Shown piece by piece: positions 18,313-27,101 of a stretch of DNA of 64,000 bases; positions within the stretch are counted from its first letter, which is position 1; the number at the start of each line of letters is the position of its first letter. The position numbers and the translations under genes were made by a program. The notes below the pieces were generated by a model that made no database searches, was not told the DNA's origin, and saw only the letters and a program-made list of their open reading frames with translations. This stretch comes from an uncultured Chloroflexia bacterium. GTDB taxonomy: Bacteria > Chloroflexota > Limnocylindria > Limnocylindrales > CSP1-4. The DNA lies in assembly GCA_963712735.1 (NCBI GenBank), contig CAVQIZ010000003.1, positions 428,855-492,854 of the forward strand. Reading direction: 5' to 3'.

Positions 18313-19071
18313 TCACGCGGCGGGGCCTGGTCCCTCGCAGGCTCCGAAGCCGACCTCGCGGATCTCCAGCGGCAGCGAGCCGAACTTCAGCACGGTGACC
18401 AACGACTGGGCGTCGCTGGCTGCGAAGCCGCCGGTGCCACCGGAGATCTGGGCCCGTCCACCGAAGCGTGTCGCGCGGATGGCCGGTGCGGACATGACCT
18501 CGCCGTCGAGCACGATGGCGAACTGCTCGCCGTAGTGGTCGGCGGCGTACTCGTCGAACAGGCGCGCGCCGGTGTCCTTCAGCTGCAGGTCGACGACCAG
18601 CTCGCGGGTGGTCTGGTCCTGCGCGATGGCTGCGCTGGCGATCTCGATGCCGGTGAAGAGCGGCTCGATGTCCTGCATGCCCTCCGGCAGCGGACCCTCA
18701 CCCACCAGGCCCTGCAGCTCCGGCGGCACGGGCATGAACTCGAGCACGCCGGTGGTGCCGATGAGGCTACGGATCTCGGCCTCGTCCTCGACGCCGGGCA
18801 GCTCCACGGAGATGCGGTCCTCGCCCTGGGTGACGACGACGGGCTCGGCCACGCCGGTGGCGTTGACGCGGTTCTCGACGATGGTGCGTGTCTGCTCCAG
18901 GATCTCGGGCGTGACGTCCTGATTGTCCGTAGCGACGACCTGGTAGGTGGCGCAGGTCCCCGCCACGGTGGCCTGGCCCGCCTCATCCAGCAGGAGCGAC
19001 TCCACCAGTTGGCATCCCGACAGGCTCGCCGCCAGGATCCCGATCACGAGGACAGAGAGCTTCCGGTGCAT
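18313..19071 (-). CDS. Lipoprotein consisting only of a SecD-like periplasmic (P1) domain
   Basis: MHRKLSVLVIGILAASLSGC lipobox. IVENRVNATGVAEPVVVTQGEDRISVELPGVED...IGTTGVLEF and FAIVLDGEVMSAPAI...ISGG...A..L...LKFGSLP match the SecD periplasmic region. No TM bundle follows. Confidence 0.7.
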   Translation of the reverse strand: MHRKLSVLVIGILAASLSGCQLVESLLLDEAGQATVAGTCATYQVVATDNQDVTPEILEQTRTIVENRVNATGVAEPVVVTQGEDRISVELPGVEDEAEIRSLIGTTGVLEFMPVPPELQGLVGEGPLPEGMQDIEPLFTGIEIASAAIAQDQTTRELVVDLQLKDTGARLFDEYAADHYGEQFAIVLDGEVMSAPAIRATRFGGRAQISGGTGGFAASDAQSLVTVLKFGSLPLEIREVGFGACEGPGPAA

Positions 19072-19098
19072 GTGACGTTCCTTGCTGCGGATGCTTCC

Positions 19099-19287
19099 AT
19101 GCTTTCCCACCCGAGCGCCTGGTCAAGAGCCGTCTGGCCTACGGCCGGTACGTCGTCCACGAGGTCGCGGACGACCCGTGCGTGCTCGTGTCGGGCGATC
19201 TCGAGGCGCTCGCCTGGCAGCCAGGCCGAGTTCGCGCGAACGCCGCCAGGGCGGCGACGTCTAGACCGAACCCCCGATCCATGGTGG
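19099..19287 (-). repeat. R-element copy split by a ~95-nt insertion; TTGACC-N16-AAGCAT
   Basis: GGTCAAGAGCCGTCTGGCCTACGGCC at 19121-19146, and CGCCAGGGCGGCGACGTCTAGACCGAACCCCCGATCCATGGTGG at ~19242-19286. Confidence 0.55.
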
Positions 19288-19314
19288 TTCGGGAGAAGCT
19301 GACCCGGGCCCTGG

Positions 19315-19845
19315 CTAGCGGACCGGAAGCACTGCCACCAGCGCTGCCGCGAAGATCGCGATCATGACGACGACCCATCGGAAGCGGGGCCAGCGCTTCA
19401 TGGCGAAGTCCGCCCCCAGCGAGATCACCAGGGCGGCGATGGCGATGTCGAGGAGCGGCCGGACCCGATCATCGCTCGCGAAGAGGGCGATACCCGAGGC
19501 GGCCGCGATGAGCCCGACGAAGAGGGCGTAGGCCAGTGGGCGCCGCTCAAGGTGCTGCCAGAAGCTCGGGTTCAGCAGGCCGGGTCGCGACGTTGGGACA
19601 CCCTGCCAGATGGCCAGGCCGAGCCAGCGTCCAGGGAACGCCTTGGCGCCGACCCACAAGAGCACCACCACGAGGCCGAGCGATAGCGCCATCGCCTCCA
19701 CCATGTCGCCGAACGGTCGCGCCACGGCGAGGACGAGCGCGACGAGCAGGATGGGCAACCCGACCGCACCGAACTGGAGATCGAGGCCGCTCGGTGGGCC
19801 TTGCATCGGTCGGCTGTGTCGCAGCATCCGGGGATCGCGCCACAT
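19315..19845 (-). CDS. Integral membrane protein (about 5 TM)
   Basis: 176-aa ORF with hydrophobic stretches LPILLVALVLAVA, LSLGLVVVLLWVGA, YALFVGLIAAASGIALF, IAIAALVISLGA, VVVMIAIFAAALVAVL. Confidence 0.65.
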   Translation of the reverse strand: MWRDPRMLRHSRPMQGPPSGLDLQFGAVGLPILLVALVLAVARPFGDMVEAMALSLGLVVVLLWVGAKAFPGRWLGLAIWQGVPTSRPGLLNPSFWQHLERRPLAYALFVGLIAAASGIALFASDDRVRPLLDIAIAALVISLGADFAMKRWPRFRWVVVMIAIFAAALVAVLPVR

Positions 19846-19875
19846 GGCCGAAGTCCACTACCGCGCGACAGCTGA

Positions 19876-19955
19876 GGTCAAGGGCCGGACGGCCCGGCAC
19901 CGCAGCCCGCAACGCCATGGCGGCGACGACCAGGCCGAACCCGCTAGAGATGGCG
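19876..19955 (-). repeat. R-element full copy (no clear -10)
   Basis: GGTCAAGGGCCGGACGGCCCGGCACCGCAGCCCGCAACGCCATGGCGGCGACGACCAGGCCGAACCCGCTAGAGATGGCG. Confidence 0.75.
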
Positions 19956-20112
19956 ACTCCTGAAGCCAGCCGACTCTGTGGCGATCATCGTCTGCCGATT
20001 TATCGGCAGGAAGGAATACCAACCTCTCGGCGATCGAGGCGGTCGCAGGACCAACGGCACTTGCTCGTCCTTGCGACTGAGTCCTTGATGGGCAGAGTGG
20101 AGGGAGGTCGAC

Positions 20113-20667
20113 ATGCGCATGCTTCTCGTCTCGTTCGTCGCCGCGGTACTGCTGGCGGGCTCGGCTATGGATGTGGCCGGGCAGCCGGGTGAAGGGTGTG
20201 TCGACGAGGAGTGCATCCTGGCCGAGTTCACCGGCAGCCTGAGGTTCGACATGATGTGCGACGGAGTCGACTCCGCGGGGCTCAGCTGCAATGCCCCCAC
20301 GGTGCTCGAAGCCTTCAGCGACCCCCGACTTCACGGAGATGTCGCAATCACCGGTTGGACCCATGAGATCGGGGATGACTCAGTGCTGTGGCTCGGCTCA
20401 TGGCTGGTCGGCGACTCAGACGCTGGGTGGGTGGAGGTCGCCTCCCCTCGCCTGCGACACCAGAACGGCATACCGACGCAGTACACGAGTGTGCTCGTCG
20501 GCATCGGGGCCTACGAGGGTCTCCACGCGGTCTCCCAGGTGACCGTCAGCGGAGCGGACTTCGACTTCGAGGGCCTCATCGTGGCAGGCAAGATCGAGAC
20601 CACGCCTGGTGCCACCGACTTCTCGGGAGTCATCGCGCCGGGCGATGTGACTGACCTCGACTGGTAG
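20113..20667 (+). CDS. Fam-2 secreted protein
   Basis: MRMLLVSFVAAVLLAGSAMDVAG signal peptide; FSDPRLHGD; GIGAYEGLHAV; GGAGGGAGG RBS. Confidence 0.7.
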   Translation: MRMLLVSFVAAVLLAGSAMDVAGQPGEGCVDEECILAEFTGSLRFDMMCDGVDSAGLSCNAPTVLEAFSDPRLHGDVAITGWTHEIGDDSVLWLGSWLVGDSDAGWVEVASPRLRHQNGIPTQYTSVLVGIGAYEGLHAVSQVTVSGADFDFEGLIVAGKIETTPGATDFSGVIAPGDVTDLDW

Positions 20668-20735
20668 CTGTAGGCGAGCCTGGTGGAGGCTTGACATCGC
20701 GCCTCTTCACGGCTCATGAACCCACGACCTGCCAC

Positions 20736-21899
20736 CTACGAACCACACGTAGCGAAGGACAGGGAACGCCCGACCAACAGGTCGCCGAAGACCTTCGGGT
20801 CGTCATGCTGCGGCGCGACGTCGAGGATGAGCATCCGGTCACCAGCCGAGGCAGCGACCAGCGTGAATGCCGCATCCCGATAGCGCTGGCCATGGCGCGA
20901 CGAGTAGCCCTCGTCGATGAGCGTGCGGCGACCCGCCATGTCGGCCCTCGCCTGCTTCGCCCGCTTGTACGCAAAGGCGTAGCGACCCATCGCCGGCTCG
21001 CCCGGACCAGCTCGCTCGTAGCCCATCGCGAGAGCTTGGTAGGGATGGAGCGGGCCGACGGAGCGCGCGAGCGTCTTCATCTCCTCCGAGTAGTCGATGT
21101 TCGCCCGGCCCGCCCAGTCACAACCTCGGTTCCCATCCAGGATGGTCGCCGTCACTGGCTGCCCCAGGGCTGCCGCCGCGCGCCCGAACGGACTGGCGGC
21201 GACCGTCGCGGGGTCGGCACGCGCAGCGATCCTCAGCAGCTTGTCGGCGCGGTCCCCTTCCGCGATCGCGACCGTGCGACCGTCGTTCGAGATGGCCACC
21301 GAGGGCGGTCGAACGGTCGCGACCAGCAAGAGCTCGTCGACGTCCAGGACCGCCTCGCCGTCAGGGCCAGCGCTGAAGTCGGGAGGGTCGCTGAAGAGGC
21401 TGCCGTAGCGGTCGTCGGTCCGCGAGTAGCCGAGCGCTTCGAGCCGGTCGATGAACGGCCCCGAGTCCCAGCCTTCGCGGAAGCGCAGGACCCGGACGTC
21501 GAACGGGAACCAGGTCGCCTCCCAGGCGAGGTCCGTGTCGTCCCAGCCCCAGAGCTCGGGCCACGTGGCCAGCCGGTCGAGGCCGAAGTCGAACCGGCTC
21601 GCTTCGGCGTGCACCATGTCCAGCACCAGCCGCTGTCGGTCCTCCAGCGGGCTCGCGCTCGTGATGTCGGAGCCGTCGTGGAGGGCCTTGAGTGCCGTCC
21701 AGTCGGTGAACTCGAAGGAGATGGTGTCGGGCGATGCGAAGGCGAGCGCATCGAGGAGGGGGCTCGACGCGGCGGGAGCCGATCGTGTCGATGACCGTTC
21801 GTCCTCCGGGCTGAGCGCGTGCGTGGGCCAGCCGGCGCTGACAACAGCGAGCATCGCGACCAGGAAAGCCTTCGCGACAGAGAGTGCCGGACGCATCAT
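20736..21899 (-). CDS. Fam-3 secreted protein (paralog of 23451..24602)
   Basis: Signal peptide MMRPALSVAKAFLVAMLAVVSAG. Blocks shared with the paralog include FEFTDWxALKA, GWDxGPFxxRLEA, SPFGRxAxALG and GYERAGPxEPAxGRYxFAYxRAK. Confidence 0.75.
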   Translation of the reverse strand: MMRPALSVAKAFLVAMLAVVSAGWPTHALSPEDERSSTRSAPAASSPLLDALAFASPDTISFEFTDWTALKALHDGSDITSASPLEDRQRLVLDMVHAEASRFDFGLDRLATWPELWGWDDTDLAWEATWFPFDVRVLRFREGWDSGPFIDRLEALGYSRTDDRYGSLFSDPPDFSAGPDGEAVLDVDELLLVATVRPPSVAISNDGRTVAIAEGDRADKLLRIAARADPATVAASPFGRAAAALGQPVTATILDGNRGCDWAGRANIDYSEEMKTLARSVGPLHPYQALAMGYERAGPGEPAMGRYAFAYKRAKQARADMAGRRTLIDEGYSSRHGQRYRDAAFTLVAASAGDRMLILDVAPQHDDPKVFGDLLVGRSLSFATCGS

Positions 21900-21915
21900 C
21901 TACACCTCCGGCTCC

Positions 21916-22012
21916 ATCCTCCGCGTCCCGCTCAGCGGGTCAAGGGCCGGACGGCCCGGCGCCGTGGCGGCGCCATGGCGGCGACGACCAGACATCACTC
22001 GCTATTCATGCC
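21916..22012 (-). repeat. R-element full copy with TTGACC-N16-GAGGAT
   Basis: CCCGCTCAGCGGGTCAAGGGCCGGACGGCCCGGCGCCGTGGCGGCGCCATGGCGGCGACGACCAGACATCACTCGCTATTCATG. The stop codon of the 22002..23246 gene lies inside it. Confidence 0.8.
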
Positions 22013-23246
22013 GGTCCGGACCTGAGTTCTTGCCAAGGGCGGAGTACCTGGGCTTCTCCTCTCTGGGCAGGAACTCGAAGGTCTCGGCGATGGAGAGCCA
22101 GTCGTCACGCCTTGCCATTTGATCGACACCCTCGACCGGGATGCCCTCCACGCAGCTCAGGGTGATGAGTCGATGGCCGTCGAGGAAGACGAATTCGGAG
22201 CCGAACGATGTCGGCGACCACTGGACGTCGTGGCGCGCAGCTTGACCGGCAGGGAGGTCGATCCGCGCCCATGTCTGCGTCGGGTCGTCCTCGAAGTACT
22301 CCGAGTTCAGCTCGACCAGTTGCCTGATCGAGGTCACAGCTGACTCTTGGACCCACGCCTCGCAGTGTTGTCGGTTGCGAGGCCCCTCCTCCGCCAGTGA
22401 CGCCCAGAACACCATCTCGTGGCCTATCGCCATCCGGTCATCGAACAGTGCTCCGAGGGAACCCTCCAAGGCAGCACCGAGCCAGGAGCCGGTCGTCGGC
22501 ATCGACTCCAACAGCTGGATGAGGTCGGGGTGTGTCAGATCGGCAGCGATCCAGCCATCGGGCACCTCGAGGGCGAAACCAGGATCGGCGAGCTCGATCC
22601 GACCCCCGATCACGACAGGGCCGGGGGTCGCCGGCAGGAACTCGAAGGTCTTGGCGATGGAGAGCCAATCGTCTTCAGGACGGTCGCGCGAGCCGCAGCC
22701 GAGCACGTACCACGAATCCGGACTGACGAGGTAGTAGGTCCGAGAGTACAGACCGTCCTCGGCCAGGCGGCCTGTGTATGCGGCTTGGCCAGGCGGGACG
22801 TCGACGTAACCGCTGTCGATATCCACCGTCGTGGGGTCGATCCCGTATGCCTCGAGATCACCAGCGACGGCATCCTCGAGCGAGACCCAGGCTCGGTTGG
22901 CCTGATAGCTACGCGTGACATCCATGATGACGCACACCTGTCCTTCTCCTGCGGAGTAGGCCAACAACAGGACGTCCGTGCCATCTGGTACGCGATGGTC
23001 CGGCTCTTGAACTACCGACTCCGCCTCGCGTGTCGGCTGCCGGACGGTCCAGTCGTCGGGGAAGGTGACCGCGAAGCCTTCGGCTGCTTGCACGATGCGG
23101 CCCGCTTCGATGGCCGGGCCGAGGCCGGTCATGGCGGTGCGAGTATCGGTCTCGTCGGGTGCGTACATCGTCGGCTCCGCCGAGCCTTGGTCGCAAGACC
23201 CCACCGACGTGAGCGCAATCCCCAACAGGACCGCTGGCCTCGACAC
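22002..23246 (-). CDS. Fam-1 lipoprotein-like protein with two tandem modules
   Basis: GTG start, MSRPAVLLGIALTSVGSC. EGFAVTFPDDW...DDWLSIAKTFEFLPATPG, then GGRIELADPGFALEVPDGW...RDDWLSIAETFEFLPREE. Confidence 0.8.
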   Translation of the reverse strand: MSRPAVLLGIALTSVGSCDQGSAEPTMYAPDETDTRTAMTGLGPAIEAGRIVQAAEGFAVTFPDDWTVRQPTREAESVVQEPDHRVPDGTDVLLLAYSAGEGQVCVIMDVTRSYQANRAWVSLEDAVAGDLEAYGIDPTTVDIDSGYVDVPPGQAAYTGRLAEDGLYSRTYYLVSPDSWYVLGCGSRDRPEDDWLSIAKTFEFLPATPGPVVIGGRIELADPGFALEVPDGWIAADLTHPDLIQLLESMPTTGSWLGAALEGSLGALFDDRMAIGHEMVFWASLAEEGPRNRQHCEAWVQESAVTSIRQLVELNSEYFEDDPTQTWARIDLPAGQAARHDVQWSPTSFGSEFVFLDGHRLITLSCVEGIPVEGVDQMARRDDWLSIAETFEFLPREEKPRYSALGKNSGPDRHE

Positions 23247-23272
23247 GATTCGCCCCTCATGCGGATTCGTCT

Positions 23273-23366
23273 ATCGTCCCTGCCGCAGTCACCGGGTCAA
23301 GGGCTGGACGGCCTGGCAGCCGGCCTCGTCATGGTGGCGACGACCAGACCAGCCACGCCATGCATC
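23273..23366 (-). repeat. R-element copy with TTGACC-N16-GACGAT
   Basis: GGGTCAAGGGCTGGACGGCCTGGCAGCCGGCCTCGTCATGGTGGCGACGACCAGACCAGCCACGCCATGCATCG. Confidence 0.7.
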
Positions 23367-23450
23367 GCGATACCCACTCGCTACCGGGGCACGTGCCAGG
23401 ACGCTATATCGCCGGGGCGTGGAAGCGGGCCGAGGGGATGAGTCGGCGCC

Positions 23451-24602
23451 TCAGCTGCAGATGGCGAAGAGCGCGTCGTGGCCGACGACCGCGTCAAACA
23501 GCGACGACGGTGCGTCGTCGACCGGCGCCACGTCGAGGGTGAGCAACCGGGCCCCTGCGGCCGCATCGACGAGAGTGAAGACGCTGTCTCGGTACGGCGC
23601 GCCATACCGGTTCGAGTCGCCCTCGTCGATGAGCCTGCGGCGGCCGGGCAGGTCGGTCCTGGCATCCTTGGCGCGTTCGTAGGCGAAGACATAGCGGCCC
23701 ACCGCAGGCTCCTCCGGACCGGCCCGCTCGTAGCCGATGCCGAAGGCTTCGTAGGGATGCAGCTCGCCGACGGCTTGCACGAGCCGAGCGTTGCCTGCAC
23801 TGGCATCGCGCTCCACGCCCGTCCTCGAACACCCGTGCTCTCCGTTCCAGACCCTCGCGGCGAGCGGCCGACCCAGCGCCGTCGCGACCCGGCCGAAGGG
23901 GCTCTCGGCGATGGCTGCCGGGTCGGCACCGGCCGCCAGCTCGAGGATCTCGTGCGCATCGGGACCCTGGACCAGGACGACGGTGCGGCCGTCCGGCGCG
24001 ATGGCGACCGATGCACGCGAAGGGGCGTCTCCCATCGGCCCCTCGATCCCAAGCACGCGCTCCAGGTAGTCGCGGTCGGGCGCGTCTGTGCCCGGCTCAA
24101 GGGTGAACGAGGTCGCGTGTGGCAGGTCGCGTCGCTCATAGCCATCCGCCTCGAGTCGCGCCATGAACGGCCCAGCATCCCAGTCGTCGCGGAAGCGGAG
24201 GATGAAGAAGTCGAAGGCGTTGCAGCAGGAGGCCTGCCAGTCGAGGTCGGTGGTATCCCAACCCCAGCGCTCGGCCCACGTGTCGAGACGATCGAGACCC
24301 AACGGGAACGTCGTGGCCTCAGAGCGAGCAAGGTCCAGCATCAGCTGCTGGCGCTCAGCGAGCGGGCTGGTGCTCGACACATCGGCACCGCCATGAGCTG
24401 CCTTGAGCGCGGCCCAATCGGTGAACTCGAAGGCGTCGATCCCGAGCGGGAGGAGCGACAGCGCCTCGAGCATCGGTGTCGGGTCCGCCTCCACTGGAGC
24501 GAGCCCGTCCTGGTCGACCGCTGAGCTCGTGCCGCCGATAGCGAGCGCGGTGGGCACCGCGATCAGGAGGGCGAACACCGCCGCGAGCGCGAAGCGTTTC
24601 AT
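23451..24602 (-). CDS. Fam-3 secreted protein (paralog of 20736..21899)
   Basis: MKRFALAAVFALLIAVPTALA signal peptide from the internal ATG at 24602 (GGAGA RBS). Colinear with 20736..21899 along its full length. Confidence 0.75.
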   Translation of the reverse strand: MKRFALAAVFALLIAVPTALAIGGTSSAVDQDGLAPVEADPTPMLEALSLLPLGIDAFEFTDWAALKAAHGGADVSSTSPLAERQQLMLDLARSEATTFPLGLDRLDTWAERWGWDTTDLDWQASCCNAFDFFILRFRDDWDAGPFMARLEADGYERRDLPHATSFTLEPGTDAPDRDYLERVLGIEGPMGDAPSRASVAIAPDGRTVVLVQGPDAHEILELAAGADPAAIAESPFGRVATALGRPLAARVWNGEHGCSRTGVERDASAGNARLVQAVGELHPYEAFGIGYERAGPEEPAVGRYVFAYERAKDARTDLPGRRRLIDEGDSNRYGAPYRDSVFTLVDAAAGARLLTLDVAPVDDAPSSLFDAVVGHDALFAICS

Positions 24603-24626
24603 GATCGTTCTCCGGTGCGTATCGCC

Positions 24627-24728
24627 ATCGTTGGCGCGTCGCGTCAAGCCGGTCAAGTGACGGATGGCCCACGCCGCGTGCGCCTCGCCCCGGCGGCGAC
24701 GACCAGACCAAACCCGCCATTCATGGCG
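24627..24728 (-). repeat. R-element copy with duplicated -35 (TTGACC/TTGACG) and AACGAT
   Basis: GCGTCAAGCCGGTCAAGTGACGGATGGCCC...CGGCGGCGACGACCAGACCAAACCCGCCATTCATGGCG, followed by GCCGCTGGCGAATGGC (B-type-like motif). Confidence 0.7.
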
Positions 24729-24763
24729 CATCGTGCGGCTCTGCCGCTGGCGAATGGCTCCAC

Positions 24764-25342
24764 CTAGGGGAGCAAGGGCATGGCCTCTTCGAGCGGCAAT
24801 CCGCCGGCGCCGATCGCATTGACCAGCATCTCGCCACTCGCGTAGATCACGATCCATTGGTTGTCCGGTCCTCGGTACACGGGCCACACCGTGCGGCCGC
24901 CGATGGTCTCCAGCGGCAGTGGGAAGTCGGGCGGCAGTCCCGCATCTTCTGCTGTCCTCATCCACATGCTCTCCAACAGAACCCTGCCTTCGACGCCATC
25001 GACACGAAAGGCGTTGATCGCGTAGGCCGGCGTCGTGGTCAGATCAGCGGCGAAGGCTTGGGCGATACGGAGGTCATCGGCCGTCTTCCCAAGAGCGGTG
25101 AGCACATCCGCGATGGCCTCGGTGCCTGCCGAGTCTGCGAGGGCGCCAGGTCCCGTCAAGACACGCACCGTGAGGGGGATCCCGCCCAGCTCCTGCGGCA
25201 TGAGGACCGACAAGTCGTCGGGCGGCACCGGTGACGAGTCCGGAGGCTCCGACGCGATCACCATCCCGCCGAAAGCCAAGACGACAGCAGCCAGGATCAG
25301 CGCCGCAACGCTACGTCGCACGAGTCCACCACCTTTGCCCAT
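24764..25342 (-). CDS. Secreted protein carrying the stand-alone linker module
   Basis: Membrane/signal segment VAALILAAVVLAFGGMVIA. LTALGKTADDLRIAQAFAADL...AFRVDG is colinear with VGRSIDDLTVATALHE...ALRVEG of 10231..12405. Confidence 0.7.
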   Translation of the reverse strand: MGKGGGLVRRSVAALILAAVVLAFGGMVIASEPPDSSPVPPDDLSVLMPQELGGIPLTVRVLTGPGALADSAGTEAIADVLTALGKTADDLRIAQAFAADLTTTPAYAINAFRVDGVEGRVLLESMWMRTAEDAGLPPDFPLPLETIGGRTVWPVYRGPDNQWIVIYASGEMLVNAIGAGGLPLEEAMPLLP

Positions 25343-25361
25343 GTCCTCCCCACCCTACTCC

Positions 25362-25437
25362 CTGGGCAAGAGCCGCTCGGCCCGTAGCGCGCAACGCCAT
25401 GGCGGCGGCGACCAGACCGAACCCACAATGCATGGCG
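25362..25437 (-). repeat. R-element copy (-35 TTGCCC)
   Basis: CTGGGCAAGAGCCGCTCGGCCCGTAGCGCGCAACGCCATGGCGGCGGCGACCAGACCGAACCCACAATGCATGGCG. Confidence 0.7.
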
Positions 25438-25489
25438 ATCTTGTTGGTGAGTGGCTGCTGGCGCTGCGAGGCAAGCCTGGGGACCGAAG

Positions 25490-26647
25490 CTAGTCGGTCG
25501 GAGTCCAGACCTCCGCCGAGGCGAGCGGTCCGTTCTCACCCTCGCCACCGATGACCAGGACACGTCCATCCGCTGTGAGCGTCGCAGTATGGTTCTCGCG
25601 TCCCTCGCCCAGCGAGCCCGCGGAGCTGAACTCGCCGGTCGCTGGGTCCCAGATCTCCGCGGAGGTGAGCTCTCCTTCTCCGCGCCAGCCACCGATGACC
25701 AGGACACGTCCGTCCGGCATGAGCGTGGCGGTATGAAGACTGCGAGCCTCGTCAAGCGAGCCCGTTGGGCTGAAGGTCTCGGTCGTCGGGTCCCAGACCT
25801 CCGCCGAGGCCAGGAAGTCCGAGCCGCCCCAGCCACCGATGACCAGGACGCGGCCGTCCGACAGGAGCGTGGCCGTGTGGTTGATGCGCGTCTCGATGAG
25901 TGAGCCTGCCCGGCTGAACGCGCCGGTCGCTGGGTCCCAGATTTCGGCTGCATCTGGGTCAGGACCGAGCTCGTTGGTGGCACCGCCGCCGACCACGAGG
26001 ACTCGACCGTCGGCGAGCAGCGTCTCGGTCGGCTTGAAGCGTGGCACGGTCAGCCATGCCACCTGGCCGAAGGTCTCGGTCACCGGGTCCCAGATCTCCG
26101 CTGATATTCCGTACTCGTCGAAGTCGCCCCCGATGATGAGCACCCGGCCATCGAGTAACAGGATCGCGTCATGCGTGGCACGGGACTGGGTGAGGGTGCC
26201 CGCCGGATGGAACCTGAAAGTCGCGGGGTCCCAGGTCTCGGCCACGCGCAGGACGTCCCAGGAGCGCGGGTACGCACTCCCGATCACGTCGGGCTGGCCA
26301 CCGACGACGAGGACGCGGCCATCCGGCAACGACGTCGTGGTCGCGTAGCTGCGTCCCCACGTCAGCCACGCCGCGGGGCTGAACCGGTCCGTCGCGGGGT
26401 CCCAGACCTCGGCCGCAGACGGGAAGTTCGACCCACCACCAAGCACGAAGACACGTCCGTCCGGCAGGAGTGTCGCGGTGTTGATGCCGCCGGTCTCGGT
26501 GAGTGAGCCCGCCGGGCTGAACGCCCCGGCCGCGGGCGACTCCTCTGCGGCCCTGGTCGCTGGGGCCGAAATGAGCAGGAGCGTGAGTGCCATGGTGGTG
26601 AGGAGGAGGTGCCGCATCCCGTTTCTCCTTGCCGGAACTCGCCGCAT
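25490..26647 (-). CDS. Secreted Kelch-repeat protein
   Basis: Seven LPDGRVLV(I/V)GG...AE(V/I)WDP repeats. Signal peptide ...MRHLLLTTMALTLLLISAPATRA. The alternative start ATG 26617 has an AAGGAGA RBS. Confidence 0.85.
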   Translation of the reverse strand: MRRVPARRNGMRHLLLTTMALTLLLISAPATRAAEESPAAGAFSPAGSLTETGGINTATLLPDGRVFVLGGGSNFPSAAEVWDPATDRFSPAAWLTWGRSYATTTSLPDGRVLVVGGQPDVIGSAYPRSWDVLRVAETWDPATFRFHPAGTLTQSRATHDAILLLDGRVLIIGGDFDEYGISAEIWDPVTETFGQVAWLTVPRFKPTETLLADGRVLVVGGGATNELGPDPDAAEIWDPATGAFSRAGSLIETRINHTATLLSDGRVLVIGGWGGSDFLASAEVWDPTTETFSPTGSLDEARSLHTATLMPDGRVLVIGGWRGEGELTSAEIWDPATGEFSSAGSLGEGRENHTATLTADGRVLVIGGEGENGPLASAEVWTPTD

Positions 26648-26673
26648 CGATCCTCTACGTGCGGCTACCGCTC

Positions 26674-26765
26674 ATCCTCCGCACCCCGGTGAGGGGGTCA
26701 AGGGCCGGACGGCCCGCACGGCGTGTGTCGCCATGGCGGCCACTAGCGCCGTCGCGGAACGCGTG
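26674..26765 (-). repeat. R-element copy (distal half degenerate) with TTGACC-N16-GAGGAT
   Basis: GGGGGTCAAGGGCCGGACGGCCCGCACGGCGTGTGTCGCCATGGCGGCCACTAGCGCC... ATCCTC at 26674-26679. Confidence 0.6.
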
Positions 26766-26769
26766 ATGT

Positions 26770-26886
26770 CTATCGGCATTCGCGCCATCTCGGAATGGCG
26801 ATGATCCACAAGCCGGAGACCACGAATCCAACGACCACGCCGGCGACGATCCCAAGCACGGCGAGCAAGTACACGAGCCAGTCCAT
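26770..26886 (-). CDS. 38-aa single-TM peptide
   Basis: MDWLVYLLAVLGIVAGVVVGFVVSGLWIIAIPRWRECR. GGAGGTG RBS 5 nt upstream. Sits directly downstream of an R-element promoter. Confidence 0.45.
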   Translation of the reverse strand: MDWLVYLLAVLGIVAGVVVGFVVSGLWIIAIPRWRECR

Positions 26887-26908
26887 GCCGCACCTCCGTA
26901 CGGTTTCC

Positions 26909-27006
26909 ATAGTGCTCGCCCCGTGCAGTAGGTCAAGAGCCGTACGGCCTCGCCGCGTGTGTCGCCATGGCGGCGGCGACCAGGCCAAACCCGCTATTCA
27001 TGGCGA
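26909..27006 (-). repeat. R-element full copy with TTGACC-N16-CACTAT
   Basis: GGTCAAGAGCCGTACGGCCTCGCCGCGTGTGTCGCCATGGCGGCGGCGACCAGGCCAAACCCGCTATTCATGGCG. Confidence 0.8.
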
Positions 27007-27065
27007 TCGCCTACTCGCCTGATCAAGGGTGCTTCGCCAGGCCTCCTCCTGACGTCGAAGCGCGA

Positions 27066-27095
27066 TTGCTGGACGTGGGAATCCTCCGGTACCAT
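27066..27095 (+). promoter_or_regulatory. Promoter candidate TTGCTG-N18-TACCAT, 6 nt before the ATG at 27102 (leaderless candidate)
   Basis: TTGCTG at 27066-27071 and TACCAT at 27090-27095. No SD between the -10 and the ATG. Confidence 0.4.
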
Positions 27096-27101
27096 CTGCC
27101 G

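Noticed and set aside
26967-27101. N-terminal extensions and small ORFs beginning MAATTRPNPL..., VKGRTAR..., GQGPDGPA..., RPALDPLT... These appear in many ORF-track entries, for example 29527..29709, 31483..31788 and 25231..25554.
   Set aside because: They are translations of the R-element itself, whose CCATGG provides an ATG. They recur in all frames and strands and are not coding.
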